From an uncultured Candidatus Saccharibacteria bacterium (GTDB lineage: Bacteria > Patescibacteriota > Saccharimonadia > CAILAD01 > JADZBC01): a DNA stretch of 64,000 nucleotides. Location: the NCBI GenBank assembly GCA_964436255.1, contig CAYTBW010000002.1:616-64615 (forward strand), given 5' to 3'. A program made the position numbers and the translations under genes. The notes below the pieces were generated by a model. It was not told the DNA's origin. It searched no databases and saw only the letters and a program-made list of their open reading frames with translations. Numbering within the stretch: position 1 is the first letter of the stretch; every line of letters starts with the position of its first letter. This document shows, in pieces, positions 45,500 to 55,086 of the stretch.

Positions 45500-46519
45500 A
45501 TGAAAGCTAAAACTATACTTACAGGCGACCGTCCTACGGGCAAACTACACCTTGGTCATTACTTGGGCACGTTAGAGAATCGCGTGAAGCTACAGGATGA
45601 TTACGAATCACTCATCATGCTTGCGGATGTCCAAGCTTTGACTGATAACTTTGATAACCCCAAAAAAGTTCGCGAAAGTGTCTACGAGGTTGCTCTGGAC
45701 AACTTAGCAGTCGGTCTAGACCCGGCAAAGTCCCACCTGTTTATACAGTCTATGGTCCCGGAGATTGCAGAGCTGACGGTATATTTCATGAACTTAGTTA
45801 CGCTCGCGCGACTGAAGCGAAATCCGACAGTTAAGTCCGAGATGGAGCAGAAAGGCTTTGGGAGCAACGTTCCTGTTGGGTTCTTGAATTACCCAGTTTC
45901 TGAAGCTGCAGATATCTTGGCGTTTGGCACAGACCTGGTGCCCGCGGGGGAAGACCAGCAGCCGATGGTTGAGCAGACTCGTGAGATTGTGCGAAAGTTC
46001 AATCGTACATATGGCGTGACGTTTAAGGTTCCTGAGATACTTGTAGGCAGAATAGCGCGTCTTGTCGGTACAGATGGTAGCGCGAAGATGAGTAAAAGCC
46101 TAGGGAACGTGATCTATCTATCTGACGATGCGGCCGCAGTAGAGAAGAAGGTTATGGGTATGTACACAGATCCAAATCGCCTAAAAGCGGACGATGCAGG
46201 GAGTATACAGAACAACCCCGTGTTTATATATCTTGATGCCTTTGCGACCACAAACCATCTCGATACACTCGGGAAACTCAAGGAGCGATATATCCGGGGC
46301 GAAGTGGGGGACGTTGAGGTGAAGCGCTACCTTGCACTCGTACTTAATGAATTCCTTGACCCTATAAGAGAGAGGAGAGCATTCTATGAAGCCCGGCCAG
46401 AATTGGTCCAACAGATCCTTAAGGATGGCACCAAGGCAGCTAGGGAGTTAGCAGCTGAGACATTGGTTAAGGTGAAAAGTGCAATGCAACTCGATTACGA
46501 TAAAGACGGAATTATGTGA
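45500..46519 (+). CDS. trpS: Tryptophanyl-tRNA synthetase
   Basis: 'TGDRPTGKLHLGHYLG' HIGH region and 'KMSKSLGN'. Start ATG 45500 with AAGGAG RBS, 11 nt after the upstream gene's stop. Confidence 0.9.
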   Translation: MKAKTILTGDRPTGKLHLGHYLGTLENRVKLQDDYESLIMLADVQALTDNFDNPKKVRESVYEVALDNLAVGLDPAKSHLFIQSMVPEIAELTVYFMNLVTLARLKRNPTVKSEMEQKGFGSNVPVGFLNYPVSEAADILAFGTDLVPAGEDQQPMVEQTREIVRKFNRTYGVTFKVPEILVGRIARLVGTDGSAKMSKSLGNVIYLSDDAAAVEKKVMGMYTDPNRLKADDAGSIQNNPVFIYLDAFATTNHLDTLGKLKERYIRGEVGDVEVKRYLALVLNEFLDPIRERRAFYEARPELVQQILKDGTKAARELAAETLVKVKSAMQLDYDKDGIM

Positions 46520-46579
46520 AACATCGCAGTGTGAGTGCTTTCTTTGTGCCCCTTGCAGCACAGACTGGATGTTTAGTTA

Positions 46580-47428
46580 CTAGTACGTAGGGTGCTTAAG
46601 CGGGCCGAGCTCGTTAATAGGCAAGAGTCGGGCTGTGGCGACCCCTACGATATCAAACCTAGGTAGCTGCCCCCACTCCCGTGAATCAAAGCTGCCGTTT
46701 GGCGCACGGTTGTCACCGACTACAAAATATTTCCCTTCTTCTACTACTTCGTCAATTTCGCCCTGGGTGGTAAGTGACTGGTCGATGTAGGGCTCGTTGA
46801 GCTCTAGGCCGTCTGGGTTGGCATCGTTATATATCGTAAACTTCCCGTTCTTCAGGACAACACGTTCACCAGGTAGCCCAATCAGGCGCTTAATGAAGAA
46901 AGTACCAGGACTATTTGGGTAGCGGAATACCAGTACGTCTCCTCGTTTCAGGTCTAGGCTCGTGTCCATGCCTAGGCCGGCTTTGATTGTGGTAAGCGTA
47001 AAACCAACCTTGTCGATAATAAGGTAGTCGCCGTCTTGGAAGCCTGGGTTCATACTGCTGCCGGAAACATAGAAGGCCTGGAAGACGAAACTGTGCAAGA
47101 ATAAAACTATAAGTCCCGGCAGAACGATCCAGCTGAATATCGTTTTTAGGACTCCAAGTATTGCGCTCGGCGCTCGTTCTTCCTCGAACTCCTCTTCGCT
47201 CGCGTCGGCCTGGTCTGCTTCTTGCTCTGCAGCTGGCTTCAGGGGTGGAGCGAGCTTAGGGTGAGTTTGTGGCTTGTCTGCCGGCGCCGCTTGAGCTGTC
47301 GCAGGAGCATGAGGGCTAGCAGGCGGCACAGCGTGGTCGTGCCGGGGCTGAGGTGGCGTGGTTCCTGGGTGAAGGCTAGGGGCTACTGGCTCAGTGCTGT
47401 TGTGCGGGTCTTGTTGCATGCTCATCAT
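46580..47428 (-). CDS. lepB: Signal peptidase I with a long Pro/Ala-rich N-terminal cytoplasmic extension
   Basis: 'SGSSMNP' catalytic Ser box, 'KRLIGLPGE', 'GDNR' box. ~110-aa low-complexity N-terminus before the TM. Confidence 0.8.
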   Translation of the reverse strand: MMSMQQDPHNSTEPVAPSLHPGTTPPQPRHDHAVPPASPHAPATAQAAPADKPQTHPKLAPPLKPAAEQEADQADASEEEFEEERAPSAILGVLKTIFSWIVLPGLIVLFLHSFVFQAFYVSGSSMNPGFQDGDYLIIDKVGFTLTTIKAGLGMDTSLDLKRGDVLVFRYPNSPGTFFIKRLIGLPGERVVLKNGKFTIYNDANPDGLELNEPYIDQSLTTQGEIDEVVEEGKYFVVGDNRAPNGSFDSREWGQLPRFDIVGVATARLLPINELGPLKHPTY

Positions 47429-47503
47429 TATAGCTGGGCATAAGTGCTATTGGAAGAGCCATAAGCTTTACGAAGATAGTACCGAGCCATTATAATAACC
47501 TAA

Positions 47504-48985
47504 ATGGGCCTGAAGAAAACTACAAAGGGGGTGAGTGTTTCGTCGAGTCGCAACAGTGGAGGTGGCGACCCGGCTTTTATTTACGATCCAAAGAGTCGTA
47601 AAGTGAAGGGTAAACATAGGTTCAGGAGTGCAATAATCGTTCTTGCCCTCGTACTACTCGCAGGAGGCAGCGCGTTTGCTGCTAAGAGTTACCTTTCCTT
47701 GGGTAAGGTCATCCAGCGGAATACTGGGGTTAGTGCCGCTGGGCTGAAGGGCAAACTACAGTTATCTCAGCTTAAAGGCGAGGGCGAAGGGCGCATTAAT
47801 ATTCTACTGTTGGGGGTTGGGGATAGTACGCACTCGGGCGCAAAGCTGAGCGACACTATGATGGTTTTGAGCATTGACCCCCAGACGAACGATGTAGCCA
47901 TGCTTGGCATCCCAAGGGACTTATGGGTAAATGTGCCAGGATTTGGTTATAGCAAGATTAATGCAGCGCATGCCTATGGAGAGCAGCTTAAGAAGGACGG
48001 CGGACCAGATATGGCAAAGAAGGTAGTTAGTTCTGCACTTGGTGTACCGATCCACTATTTTTTTAGAACGGACTTCACGGCCTTTAAGCAGGCGGTTGAT
48101 TCTGTAGGTGGCGTTACAATTGACGTCAAGCAGGCACTATACGACGTCGAGTACCCTTGCGAAAAGAACCCTAATTTGTCATGTGGTTTTAAGCTGAAGG
48201 CTGGCGTACAGAAAATGGATGGCGCAACTGCTCTTAAGTACGTCAGGTGCCGTAAGGGAAACTGTGGCGATGATTTTGGTCGCGCACAGCGGCAACAGCA
48301 GGTTCTGGTTGCGCTTAAGGCCAAGGCTCTGAGCGCAAAGACTCTCCTGGATCCGGCCAAGCTCTCTGGCTTGATTGATACCGTAGGGAATAACATCCGC
48401 CTCGACTTACAGATAGGGGAAATCCAGCGCCTTATTGATATTAGCAAGAAAGTAGATAGCACAAAGATGGTTAATGCCGTCCTGGATAATGATGAGGCTA
48501 AGGGTACAAACTTGGTTCGCACTACAAATATTGGCGGGGCTAGTGTGGTTGTGCCTGCTGCTGGAATAGGCAATTATGCTCAGATTCAGAAGTTCGTTAA
48601 ATCCATATTTGTGGATGGGTATATCAAGCAAGAGAACGCACCAATCGAGGTACAGAACGGCACGACTCGACCAGGCCTGGCTCTGAGCGCAACAAACCTG
48701 CTTAAGGGATACAGCTATAACGTTATAAGTACTGTCTCTGCGGATCGCACTACGTATGCCAAGACACAGATCGTCGATTATAGTAATGGCAAGAATCCCT
48801 ACACTTTGCGATACTTAGAAAAGCGTTTTGGGGTAAAAGCAACGAAAGCTCAGAGCGTAGCGCCAAAGTCTATTCCACAAGCTTCTCCCGGCGCATCTCA
48901 GCCAAATATTACGGGCCAGGTATCGACGCAACCACAGATTACCATTACAATTGGAGCTGACTACAAGCCAACCAATTTATACTAA
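47504..48985 (+). CDS. LytR-CpsA-Psr (LCP) family cell-envelope phosphotransferase with a C-terminal LytR_C-like domain
   Basis: N-terminal TM. 'INILLLGVGDS...SDTMMVLSIDP...GIPRDLWVNVPG' LCP core. Confidence 0.8.
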   Translation: MGLKKTTKGVSVSSSRNSGGGDPAFIYDPKSRKVKGKHRFRSAIIVLALVLLAGGSAFAAKSYLSLGKVIQRNTGVSAAGLKGKLQLSQLKGEGEGRINILLLGVGDSTHSGAKLSDTMMVLSIDPQTNDVAMLGIPRDLWVNVPGFGYSKINAAHAYGEQLKKDGGPDMAKKVVSSALGVPIHYFFRTDFTAFKQAVDSVGGVTIDVKQALYDVEYPCEKNPNLSCGFKLKAGVQKMDGATALKYVRCRKGNCGDDFGRAQRQQQVLVALKAKALSAKTLLDPAKLSGLIDTVGNNIRLDLQIGEIQRLIDISKKVDSTKMVNAVLDNDEAKGTNLVRTTNIGGASVVVPAAGIGNYAQIQKFVKSIFVDGYIKQENAPIEVQNGTTRPGLALSATNLLKGYSYNVISTVSADRTTYAKTQIVDYSNGKNPYTLRYLEKRFGVKATKAQSVAPKSIPQASPGASQPNITGQVSTQPQITITIGADYKPTNLY

Positions 48986-49758
48986 TGACAAAGACACAGC
49001 GAACCATACTTTTTTCCTTGCCATTTCAGGCATTGATAATATTTCTGTTCTATTACCTAACCCGGTACTGGCTTGTTGGGCTGTTCCTTCAAGCGGGCTT
49101 AATACTCTTTATGATGAGGCGTCTGCTCACTGGCGGTAATCGATCGGTCGTGATCGCAAAGTCCTTGCAGCCGTTCATATTTGTTGCGACCGCCTCGCTT
49201 TATAGTATGCTCTTGGTCCAGATATATGGCATCAACATTCCGTCTTTCGTGCTATATACCACGGTCGTCACTGTCCTGTTTGGCGTAGTTAGTTTGGCTA
49301 CATTGCGCACACAGCTGCCAGTCTGGTCTTCGAGCTCACTAGCTTTGTTGCAAATTGGCTTAGTGGTCAATTTTGCCGTATTAAGCATGGCTTATTGGCG
49401 AGTCCCAAGCTTCATTGTGTTACCCCTCGTATTTATTGTATTAGGCTATGTGGCGCTGTGGTGGATTATCGAGGTTGGTAAGGCGGATGATACGCCTACC
49501 CTCTATGCCTCGGTGTTTGGCCTGCTTGGCGCTCAGCTCGTATGGGCTTATTCGCACTGGGTGCTGGTATATCAATTGCCTCGATTGAACATTATCATCG
49601 CTCAGGCAGCGATCATTATTGGCGCACTGGCATACAGCTTGGGGGGAATTCATCGTAGTCGTAGCAGTAAGCCTTTGCGTATTCAGTTGGCAGTAGAGTA
49701 TATGGCTGTGTTTGTTGTTATATTCGTGGCAACCTTCCTGACCACTAAGTGGTTTTAG
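48985..49758 (+). CDS. Hypothetical 8-TM membrane protein (start overlaps the LCP gene stop)
   Basis: ATGA overlap with the LCP gene; highly hydrophobic. Confidence 0.35.
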   Translation: MTKTQRTILFSLPFQALIIFLFYYLTRYWLVGLFLQAGLILFMMRRLLTGGNRSVVIAKSLQPFIFVATASLYSMLLVQIYGINIPSFVLYTTVVTVLFGVVSLATLRTQLPVWSSSSLALLQIGLVVNFAVLSMAYWRVPSFIVLPLVFIVLGYVALWWIIEVGKADDTPTLYASVFGLLGAQLVWAYSHWVLVYQLPRLNIIIAQAAIIIGALAYSLGGIHRSRSSKPLRIQLAVEYMAVFVVIFVATFLTTKWF

Positions 49759-49813
49759 ATCCTATTAAGGCAGTCTTCAGTTTTTTCGCTATAATAGGTA
49801 ATAAAGGAGTACT

Positions 49814-51019
49814 ATGCAGGACAATATAAAAACTGAAACTAAGTCGTCAGCGGTACCTCCCGCCGTACCGAAGCTACCAAAGAAGGGTGGCAACGTGGGG
49901 CTTAAAACAAAGAAGCAGGGGCCAAGGAGCCCGTTCCTGCTGGGTCTTGGCCTCGTGGTGCTTTGCATCGTTGCAGGCTTTTTTGGGGCTTGGCTGCAGT
50001 CTAGCGTGCTTGGTGGTGCCACGCGGCTGGTAGAGGAGCGCAAGAGCTTACTGGTGAAGGAAGACTCGGCAGTCATAAGCGTTGCCAAGGAGGTTTCTCC
50101 GAGTGTCGTTAGTATTACTACCAACAGTAGCAGCGTGGACTTCTTTGGCCAGAGCCAAACGGAAGCCTCGTCGGGTACAGGAATTATATTGAAGTCAGAC
50201 GGCCTAATTCTCACAAACAAACACGTGGTCGAAGGAGGTGAGAGCTTTACGGTCATAACGAGTGACGGCAAGGAGTATAGTGATGCAAAGGTCGTCGCGA
50301 AAGACCCAAGTAACGACATTGCGTTCCTGAAGATCGCCGCGAAGGATTTAGTCGCAGCAAAACTAGGTGATTCCTCCAAGGTTCAGGTGGGTCAGCGAGT
50401 AATTGCAATCGGCAACGCCTTGGGTCAATTCCAGAATACAGTCACTACGGGCGTGATATCGGGCAAGAGTCGACCAATAACGGCTACGGGCGGTAATGGC
50501 ACCGAGAGTTTGCAGAATCTCTTTCAGACCGATGCCGCCATAAACCCAGGTAATTCTGGTGGGCCACTCGTGAATATCGCTGGTGAAGTAATTGGTATTA
50601 ATACTGCTGTTGCCGGTGATGGGGCTGAAAATATAGGGTTTGCCATTCCGATTAATGAGGCCAAGAAGGACATCGCGACCGTTGCCCAGAGCGGGAAGAT
50701 TACACGTGCCTATCTAGGGGTGCGCTATGTCGCAGTTACCCAGGATATCGCAGCAAGGAACAATATACTGGCCAAAGCTATCGGTGGGGCTTTGATTTCT
50801 GGAGAAGGTAGCGTGCTGTCTGGTAGTCCGGCTGATAAGGCTGGTGTCCAAGCAGGAGATGTTATTATTCGCTTGAACGACACAGACTTAAGTGAAAACA
50901 ATTCGCTTGCATCAACAATCGGCAAATTCGAAGTTGGCGAGACAATCAAAGTAACGTTGCTGCGTGACGGCAAGGAGCGAGTTCTGAAAGTGAAGTTGGC
51001 TGAAGCACCAGCCCAATAA
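49814..51019 (+). CDS. htrA: HtrA/DegP-family serine protease with a PDZ domain
   Basis: N-terminal TM. Catalytic triad context including 'GNSGGPLVN'. C-terminal PDZ. Confidence 0.85.
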   Translation: MQDNIKTETKSSAVPPAVPKLPKKGGNVGLKTKKQGPRSPFLLGLGLVVLCIVAGFFGAWLQSSVLGGATRLVEERKSLLVKEDSAVISVAKEVSPSVVSITTNSSSVDFFGQSQTEASSGTGIILKSDGLILTNKHVVEGGESFTVITSDGKEYSDAKVVAKDPSNDIAFLKIAAKDLVAAKLGDSSKVQVGQRVIAIGNALGQFQNTVTTGVISGKSRPITATGGNGTESLQNLFQTDAAINPGNSGGPLVNIAGEVIGINTAVAGDGAENIGFAIPINEAKKDIATVAQSGKITRAYLGVRYVAVTQDIAARNNILAKAIGGALISGEGSVLSGSPADKAGVQAGDVIIRLNDTDLSENNSLASTIGKFEVGETIKVTLLRDGKERVLKVKLAEAPAQ

Positions 51020-51022
51020 TGC

Positions 51023-51826
51023 CTAGTTGGCCTGAAAGCCGAGTATAAAGTAATCTTCTTCAATAAGATCAAGGCCTGCGCGTTTAGCTTCTTCTATCAG
51101 TCCTTCTTGCTGCCACGGATCACATTCGGTAAAAAGGAGGCCATTGGGCTTAAGGTGGCTAGGGAGGTCTTTGAGGAACCGGCGGTATATATCAAGGCCA
51201 TCTGGTCCTCCAAATAGGGCCACTCCTGGCTCATTCTTCACCTCCGGCATTAAGTCCGCCGTGTCTGATAAATAGGGTAAATTGCAAACTACAATATCAA
51301 AGGTTTCGTTTATTCCATCGAACAGGTCTGCTGGCATAAGGTGGATGTTGAGTCCAGCGTTTTTTACGTTCTTTTTGGCAACCTCTAGGGCTTCAGGGCT
51401 GACTTCCGTTGCAAATACATCGATGTCGGGCCTGTGCTTCGCAATAGAAATAGCAATAGCTCCACTGCCAGTACCCATGTCGATAAGCTTTCCGTTCTTT
51501 GGCGCATGCTTGATCGCAAAATCAACCATCTTTTCTGTCTCCACCCTGGGGGTGAGTACCTTGTCGTTGATATACAGTTCAACGCCGTAAAACTCACGCT
51601 TGTTAGTAAGGTGCACTACGGGTGCATGGTTTGAGCGTTTACGAATGATTTCTTGGTATTGGCTTAGCTGCTCCGCGGTAAGCGTTTCCTGGTCGTGGGC
51701 TAGGAGCCAGGTGCGGTCCTTGTCGAGTATATGGCAAAGGAGTAGTTCGCTATCCAGGCGAACTGAGTTTACCTGGGCGGCTTCTAGTTCCCGCTGTGCC
51801 GATTGCAGCGCATCACGGACTTTCAT
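51023..51826 (-). CDS. prmC: Release factor glutamine N5-methyltransferase PrmC/HemK
   Basis: SAM motif 'DMGTGSGAIAI', 'NLPY' (NPPY variant). Immediately downstream of prfA. Confidence 0.8.
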   Translation of the reverse strand: MKVRDALQSAQRELEAAQVNSVRLDSELLLCHILDKDRTWLLAHDQETLTAEQLSQYQEIIRKRSNHAPVVHLTNKREFYGVELYINDKVLTPRVETEKMVDFAIKHAPKNGKLIDMGTGSGAIAISIAKHRPDIDVFATEVSPEALEVAKKNVKNAGLNIHLMPADLFDGINETFDIVVCNLPYLSDTADLMPEVKNEPGVALFGGPDGLDIYRRFLKDLPSHLKPNGLLFTECDPWQQEGLIEEAKRAGLDLIEEDYFILGFQAN

Positions 51827-52888
51827 TTATTGTTGGCTCTCTAGGGCTTTCGTAATGTCTGCTTCGCGCAGCTGCTCGAGCATGTCGTCGATGTCGCCAT
51901 CCATGAATCCAGGGAGGTTATGACGTGTATAGCCGATCCGGTGATCAGTCACTCTGTCCTGGGGGAAGTTGTAAGTGCGTATCTTTTCACTCCTATCTCC
52001 AGTGCCAATCTGGGAAAGTCGCGCCTCGCCGAGTTCTTTTCGTTTCTGTTCTTCCTGCACGGCAAGTAGGCGGGAGCGCAGTATGCTCATGGCTTTGAGC
52101 TTGTTTTTGAGCTGGGACTTTTCATCTTGGCACGTGACTACGGTATTGGTTGGGATGTGAGTTAGTCGTACTGCACTGTCGGTTGTATTCACGCTCTGTC
52201 CGCCATTGCCGCTGGAGCGATATACGTCAACTCGTAGATCGTTAGGGTCAATCTCTATTTCATTTTCCTCTGCCTCGGGGAGCACGGCAACAGTAACAGT
52301 GGAGGTATGAATACGCCCAGCTGACTCGGTCGCAGGGATGCGCTGGACTCTATGCACTCCGGATTCGTATTTCATGACGCCATAGGCGTTTGGCCCCGTT
52401 ACCTCGGCTATAAATTCTTTATACCCTCCAGATGTGCCCGGGTTATCATTCATGATGGACATCTTGAGGCCATGCTGTTCAGTAAAGCGAGCATACATTC
52501 TTGCCAACTCGCCCGTAAATAGGCTCGACTCGTCGCCGCCTGCCCCGGCACGGATTTCTAGGATGGCATCCTTGGTGTCATGAGGGTCCTTGGGCACGAG
52601 CGCAGCTCGAACCTTCGATTTGAGCTTTTCGAGGGCTGCCTCGAGCTCTGGGATTTCTGCTTTGGCAAGGTCGGCCATCTCAGGATCGTTCAGGAGGTCC
52701 TGAGATTCACGGAGCTCACGTTCTGTTCGGATAACCTTCTCAAATAACTCAAGCCTGCTTTGGAGCTCGCGCTGTTCGGTTACGAGCTTGGCAGACCGTG
52801 GCGAGGCATAGACTGCCGGATCACTTAGCTCTTCGCTAAGTTCTTTGATCCTCATATTGAGCTGGTCGATGGTTGACTGGTCTATCAT
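51827..52888 (-). CDS. prfA: Peptide chain release factor 1
   Basis: 'SGNGGQSVNTTDSAVRLTHIPT' GGQ motif. Confidence 0.9.
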   Translation of the reverse strand: MIDQSTIDQLNMRIKELSEELSDPAVYASPRSAKLVTEQRELQSRLELFEKVIRTERELRESQDLLNDPEMADLAKAEIPELEAALEKLKSKVRAALVPKDPHDTKDAILEIRAGAGGDESSLFTGELARMYARFTEQHGLKMSIMNDNPGTSGGYKEFIAEVTGPNAYGVMKYESGVHRVQRIPATESAGRIHTSTVTVAVLPEAEENEIEIDPNDLRVDVYRSSGNGGQSVNTTDSAVRLTHIPTNTVVTCQDEKSQLKNKLKAMSILRSRLLAVQEEQKRKELGEARLSQIGTGDRSEKIRTYNFPQDRVTDHRIGYTRHNLPGFMDGDIDDMLEQLREADITKALESQQ

Positions 52889-52899
52889 TGGTTGATTCC

Positions 52900-52945
52900 T
52901 AAATACAAAACAGCGCTTCTGCCATTATAGCAAAGGAGCGCTGTT
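52900..52945 (-). terminator. Candidate terminator hairpin after rpmE (minus strand)
   Basis: ACAGCGCT...AGCGCTGT 8-bp stem with a 19-nt loop, flanked by an A-run and a T-run. The loop contains a TATAAT on the minus strand that could serve prfA. Confidence 0.3.
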
Positions 52946-52956
52946 TGGATGAGTAA

Positions 52957-53286
52957 TTACTGATCTTGCTTAGTAGTATCTGTATCGACGGTAGATTCAA
53001 CGATCTCGTCTTTGATTTCCGCAAGCTTGGCTTTAGCGTCTTTTTCCTCGCTTGGCTTGGCTTTTTTGACGACTTTTCCAGGATTGGCCTTTTCCTGTTT
53101 AGCACGGAATCGGTCGACGCGTCCTGCTGTGTCGATCAGCTTCTGCTTGCCAGTGTAGAATGGATGACATTTTGAGCACAACTCAACATCCATCTTCTCT
53201 ACGGTCGACATTGTGTCGAAGGTGGTTTTGCAGCCAAGGCACGTAACCTTGGTTTTGGTGATGTCTGGGTGAATTCCGGCTTTCAT
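52957..53286 (-). CDS. rpmE: 50S ribosomal protein L31 with a Lys/Ala/Glu-rich C-terminal extension
   Basis: 'MKAGIHPD...CLGCKTTF...CSKCHPFYTGKQK' Zn-ribbon L31 core of ~70 aa, plus a ~40-aa charged tail. Confidence 0.75.
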   Translation of the reverse strand: MKAGIHPDITKTKVTCLGCKTTFDTMSTVEKMDVELCSKCHPFYTGKQKLIDTAGRVDRFRAKQEKANPGKVVKKAKPSEEKDAKAKLAEIKDEIVESTVDTDTTKQDQ

Positions 53287-53355
53287 AACCTGAATATGGT
53301 ATCACTTTTACGCTAGTTGGTCAACTCCCGACTGGGAGTCGCCAGGTTGGTCGGT

Positions 53356-53802
53356 CTAGGACTCTAGGTCGGCTTCAGGCTTACCCATTTTGGCAGTTAG
53401 CACAACCTGCCTTGTTTCGCCTTCATTGTCCTTTATCTGCATTTTTTGCGTCTCATTATAGTAGGTTACCAGGTAGTGACTCATGATCTCTTGCAGGTCC
53501 TTGAGCTTTGCCCGGTAATCGTCAACGTCAGCACTAACTTTCTGGTAATCAACATCTGCTTGTAGGAGCTTCTTGGCGGTCTGGCGCTTTGTAGTAAGTT
53601 CACTAATCTCGTCTTTGAGCTGCTGGTATTCTTCGTTTTGCTGCTCGACGTCCTTGAGTTGCTCACGTACAGTTTTGAGCTTGTCCTTAGTTTCACGAAT
53701 TTCTGGCAGGAGGCGATGTATTGCCTCGAGGGTATTACGGTCTTCAATTGGCTTTTCCGGGGTTGCGGGTGTTTTTACTTGATCTACTGATTCGTCAGCC
53801 AT
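53356..53802 (-). CDS. Hypothetical coiled-coil protein
   Basis: Charged, heptad-rich sequence; co-directional downstream of the helicase. Confidence 0.3.
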   Translation of the reverse strand: MADESVDQVKTPATPEKPIEDRNTLEAIHRLLPEIRETKDKLKTVREQLKDVEQQNEEYQQLKDEISELTTKRQTAKKLLQADVDYQKVSADVDDYRAKLKDLQEIMSHYLVTYYNETQKMQIKDNEGETRQVVLTAKMGKPEADLES

Positions 53803-53872
53803 TTGTTGGTTTCCTTATTTATCTTGATTGGGGTATGGAATAGATTATAGAGCTTATGGTCTGATCTGCCAA

Positions 53873-55051
53873 TTACCTTGTGCCGATAATAGTGAGCTCG
53901 GTTTCGGCCCGGGTTACGGCGGTGTAGAGCCAGCGGTTCCAGTCTTCGTCGCTCATCTTGCTAAAGCGCTCTTCGAATAGTAGAACACGGGGTGACTGAG
54001 AGCCCTGGGCCTTGTGTACAGTCAGGGCGTAACCGAAGTCAAATAGTGCCCCCGTGCTGTCGCCGGGTGCCTTGGGCGGTCGCTTGATAGTCTCCTTGGC
54101 CCCGAACTGTTCGCGTAGGGTGTAGCCAGAGAAGGTCATATTTTCATTATCAAAGTAGATTTCAGTCCAATACCACTGGTCGGTTTCGTCATCTGGTGCT
54201 GGTTCGATACTTACAATTGTGCCAATCAGCCCGTTATAGAGGTGCTCGCTTCGCATGTTGCGCAAGCAAACGACGACATCCCCGACGGTTGGCTCTTCAA
54301 CCTCAATATCTCGTAATGATCGAATGTGCTTGTTGAGCGACACGCGAGTATGATTGTAGCCACATAGCACCATGAGGTCGCCACGCCATGCTCCGAGCAT
54401 CTCCTCGACGGCCTGGCCGGTCTCGGAATCGTACTTATTGAGCTTTGTTACTCCAGGGCCAAAGTCCTGTATGGGTATCGCACCATTAGTCCTCGCCAGC
54501 TGGGCCACTTGGATGATTGGGCTTTCGGCCTCTTGTCGAAATATTTGCTCGAGTTTCAATTGAGGTTCGGCCATTAAATTAAAACTAGAGTTGATTGGTG
54601 GCAACTGGCCGTGATCTCCTACTGCGAGCACTGGTATTTGGAAGCTGAGCAAATCGTTCCAAATATATTCATCAACCATGCTGGCTTCGTCTACGATGAT
54701 AATGTTGTAGGCGAGTTCTTTTTTTAAGTCCCAGCTGGTGTGGCCTTCGGAATTCGTTGAGCTGTTATATATGAGTGAGTGAATCGTGGACACGTTGTCT
54801 CCTCTCCGCAAGGTCTTTTGCTCGCGCAGTTTCTGCCGCAGGACTTGCGATGCTTTGCCGGTATAGGCGCAGAATGCGACCTTTGTGTCCTTATCGTATT
54901 CGTGGAGGGCTTGGCGCAGGAGGGCAATCATCGTGGTCTTGCCTGTACCCGCGTAGCCGCCTAGAGTAATGAACGGTGCCTGCTTTTCGCGGTACCACGC
55001 GCCAATTGCCCCGAGCGCCTTTGCTTGGTCTTGTGATAGGGTGTATGCCAT
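53873..55051 (-). CDS. RecD-like (Dda/PIF1-like superfamily 1B) DNA helicase, short form
   Basis: Walker A 'GGYAGTGKTT', 'IIIVDEASM' Walker B, C-terminal 'LTVHKAQGSQ...YTAVTRA' (UvrD_C_2). Confidence 0.7.
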   Translation of the reverse strand: MAYTLSQDQAKALGAIGAWYREKQAPFITLGGYAGTGKTTMIALLRQALHEYDKDTKVAFCAYTGKASQVLRQKLREQKTLRRGDNVSTIHSLIYNSSTNSEGHTSWDLKKELAYNIIIVDEASMVDEYIWNDLLSFQIPVLAVGDHGQLPPINSSFNLMAEPQLKLEQIFRQEAESPIIQVAQLARTNGAIPIQDFGPGVTKLNKYDSETGQAVEEMLGAWRGDLMVLCGYNHTRVSLNKHIRSLRDIEVEEPTVGDVVVCLRNMRSEHLYNGLIGTIVSIEPAPDDETDQWYWTEIYFDNENMTFSGYTLREQFGAKETIKRPPKAPGDSTGALFDFGYALTVHKAQGSQSPRVLLFEERFSKMSDEDWNRWLYTAVTRAETELTIIGTR

Positions 55052-55086
55052 GAACTACTATTGTAGCATCGGTGTTATTAGCAAAG

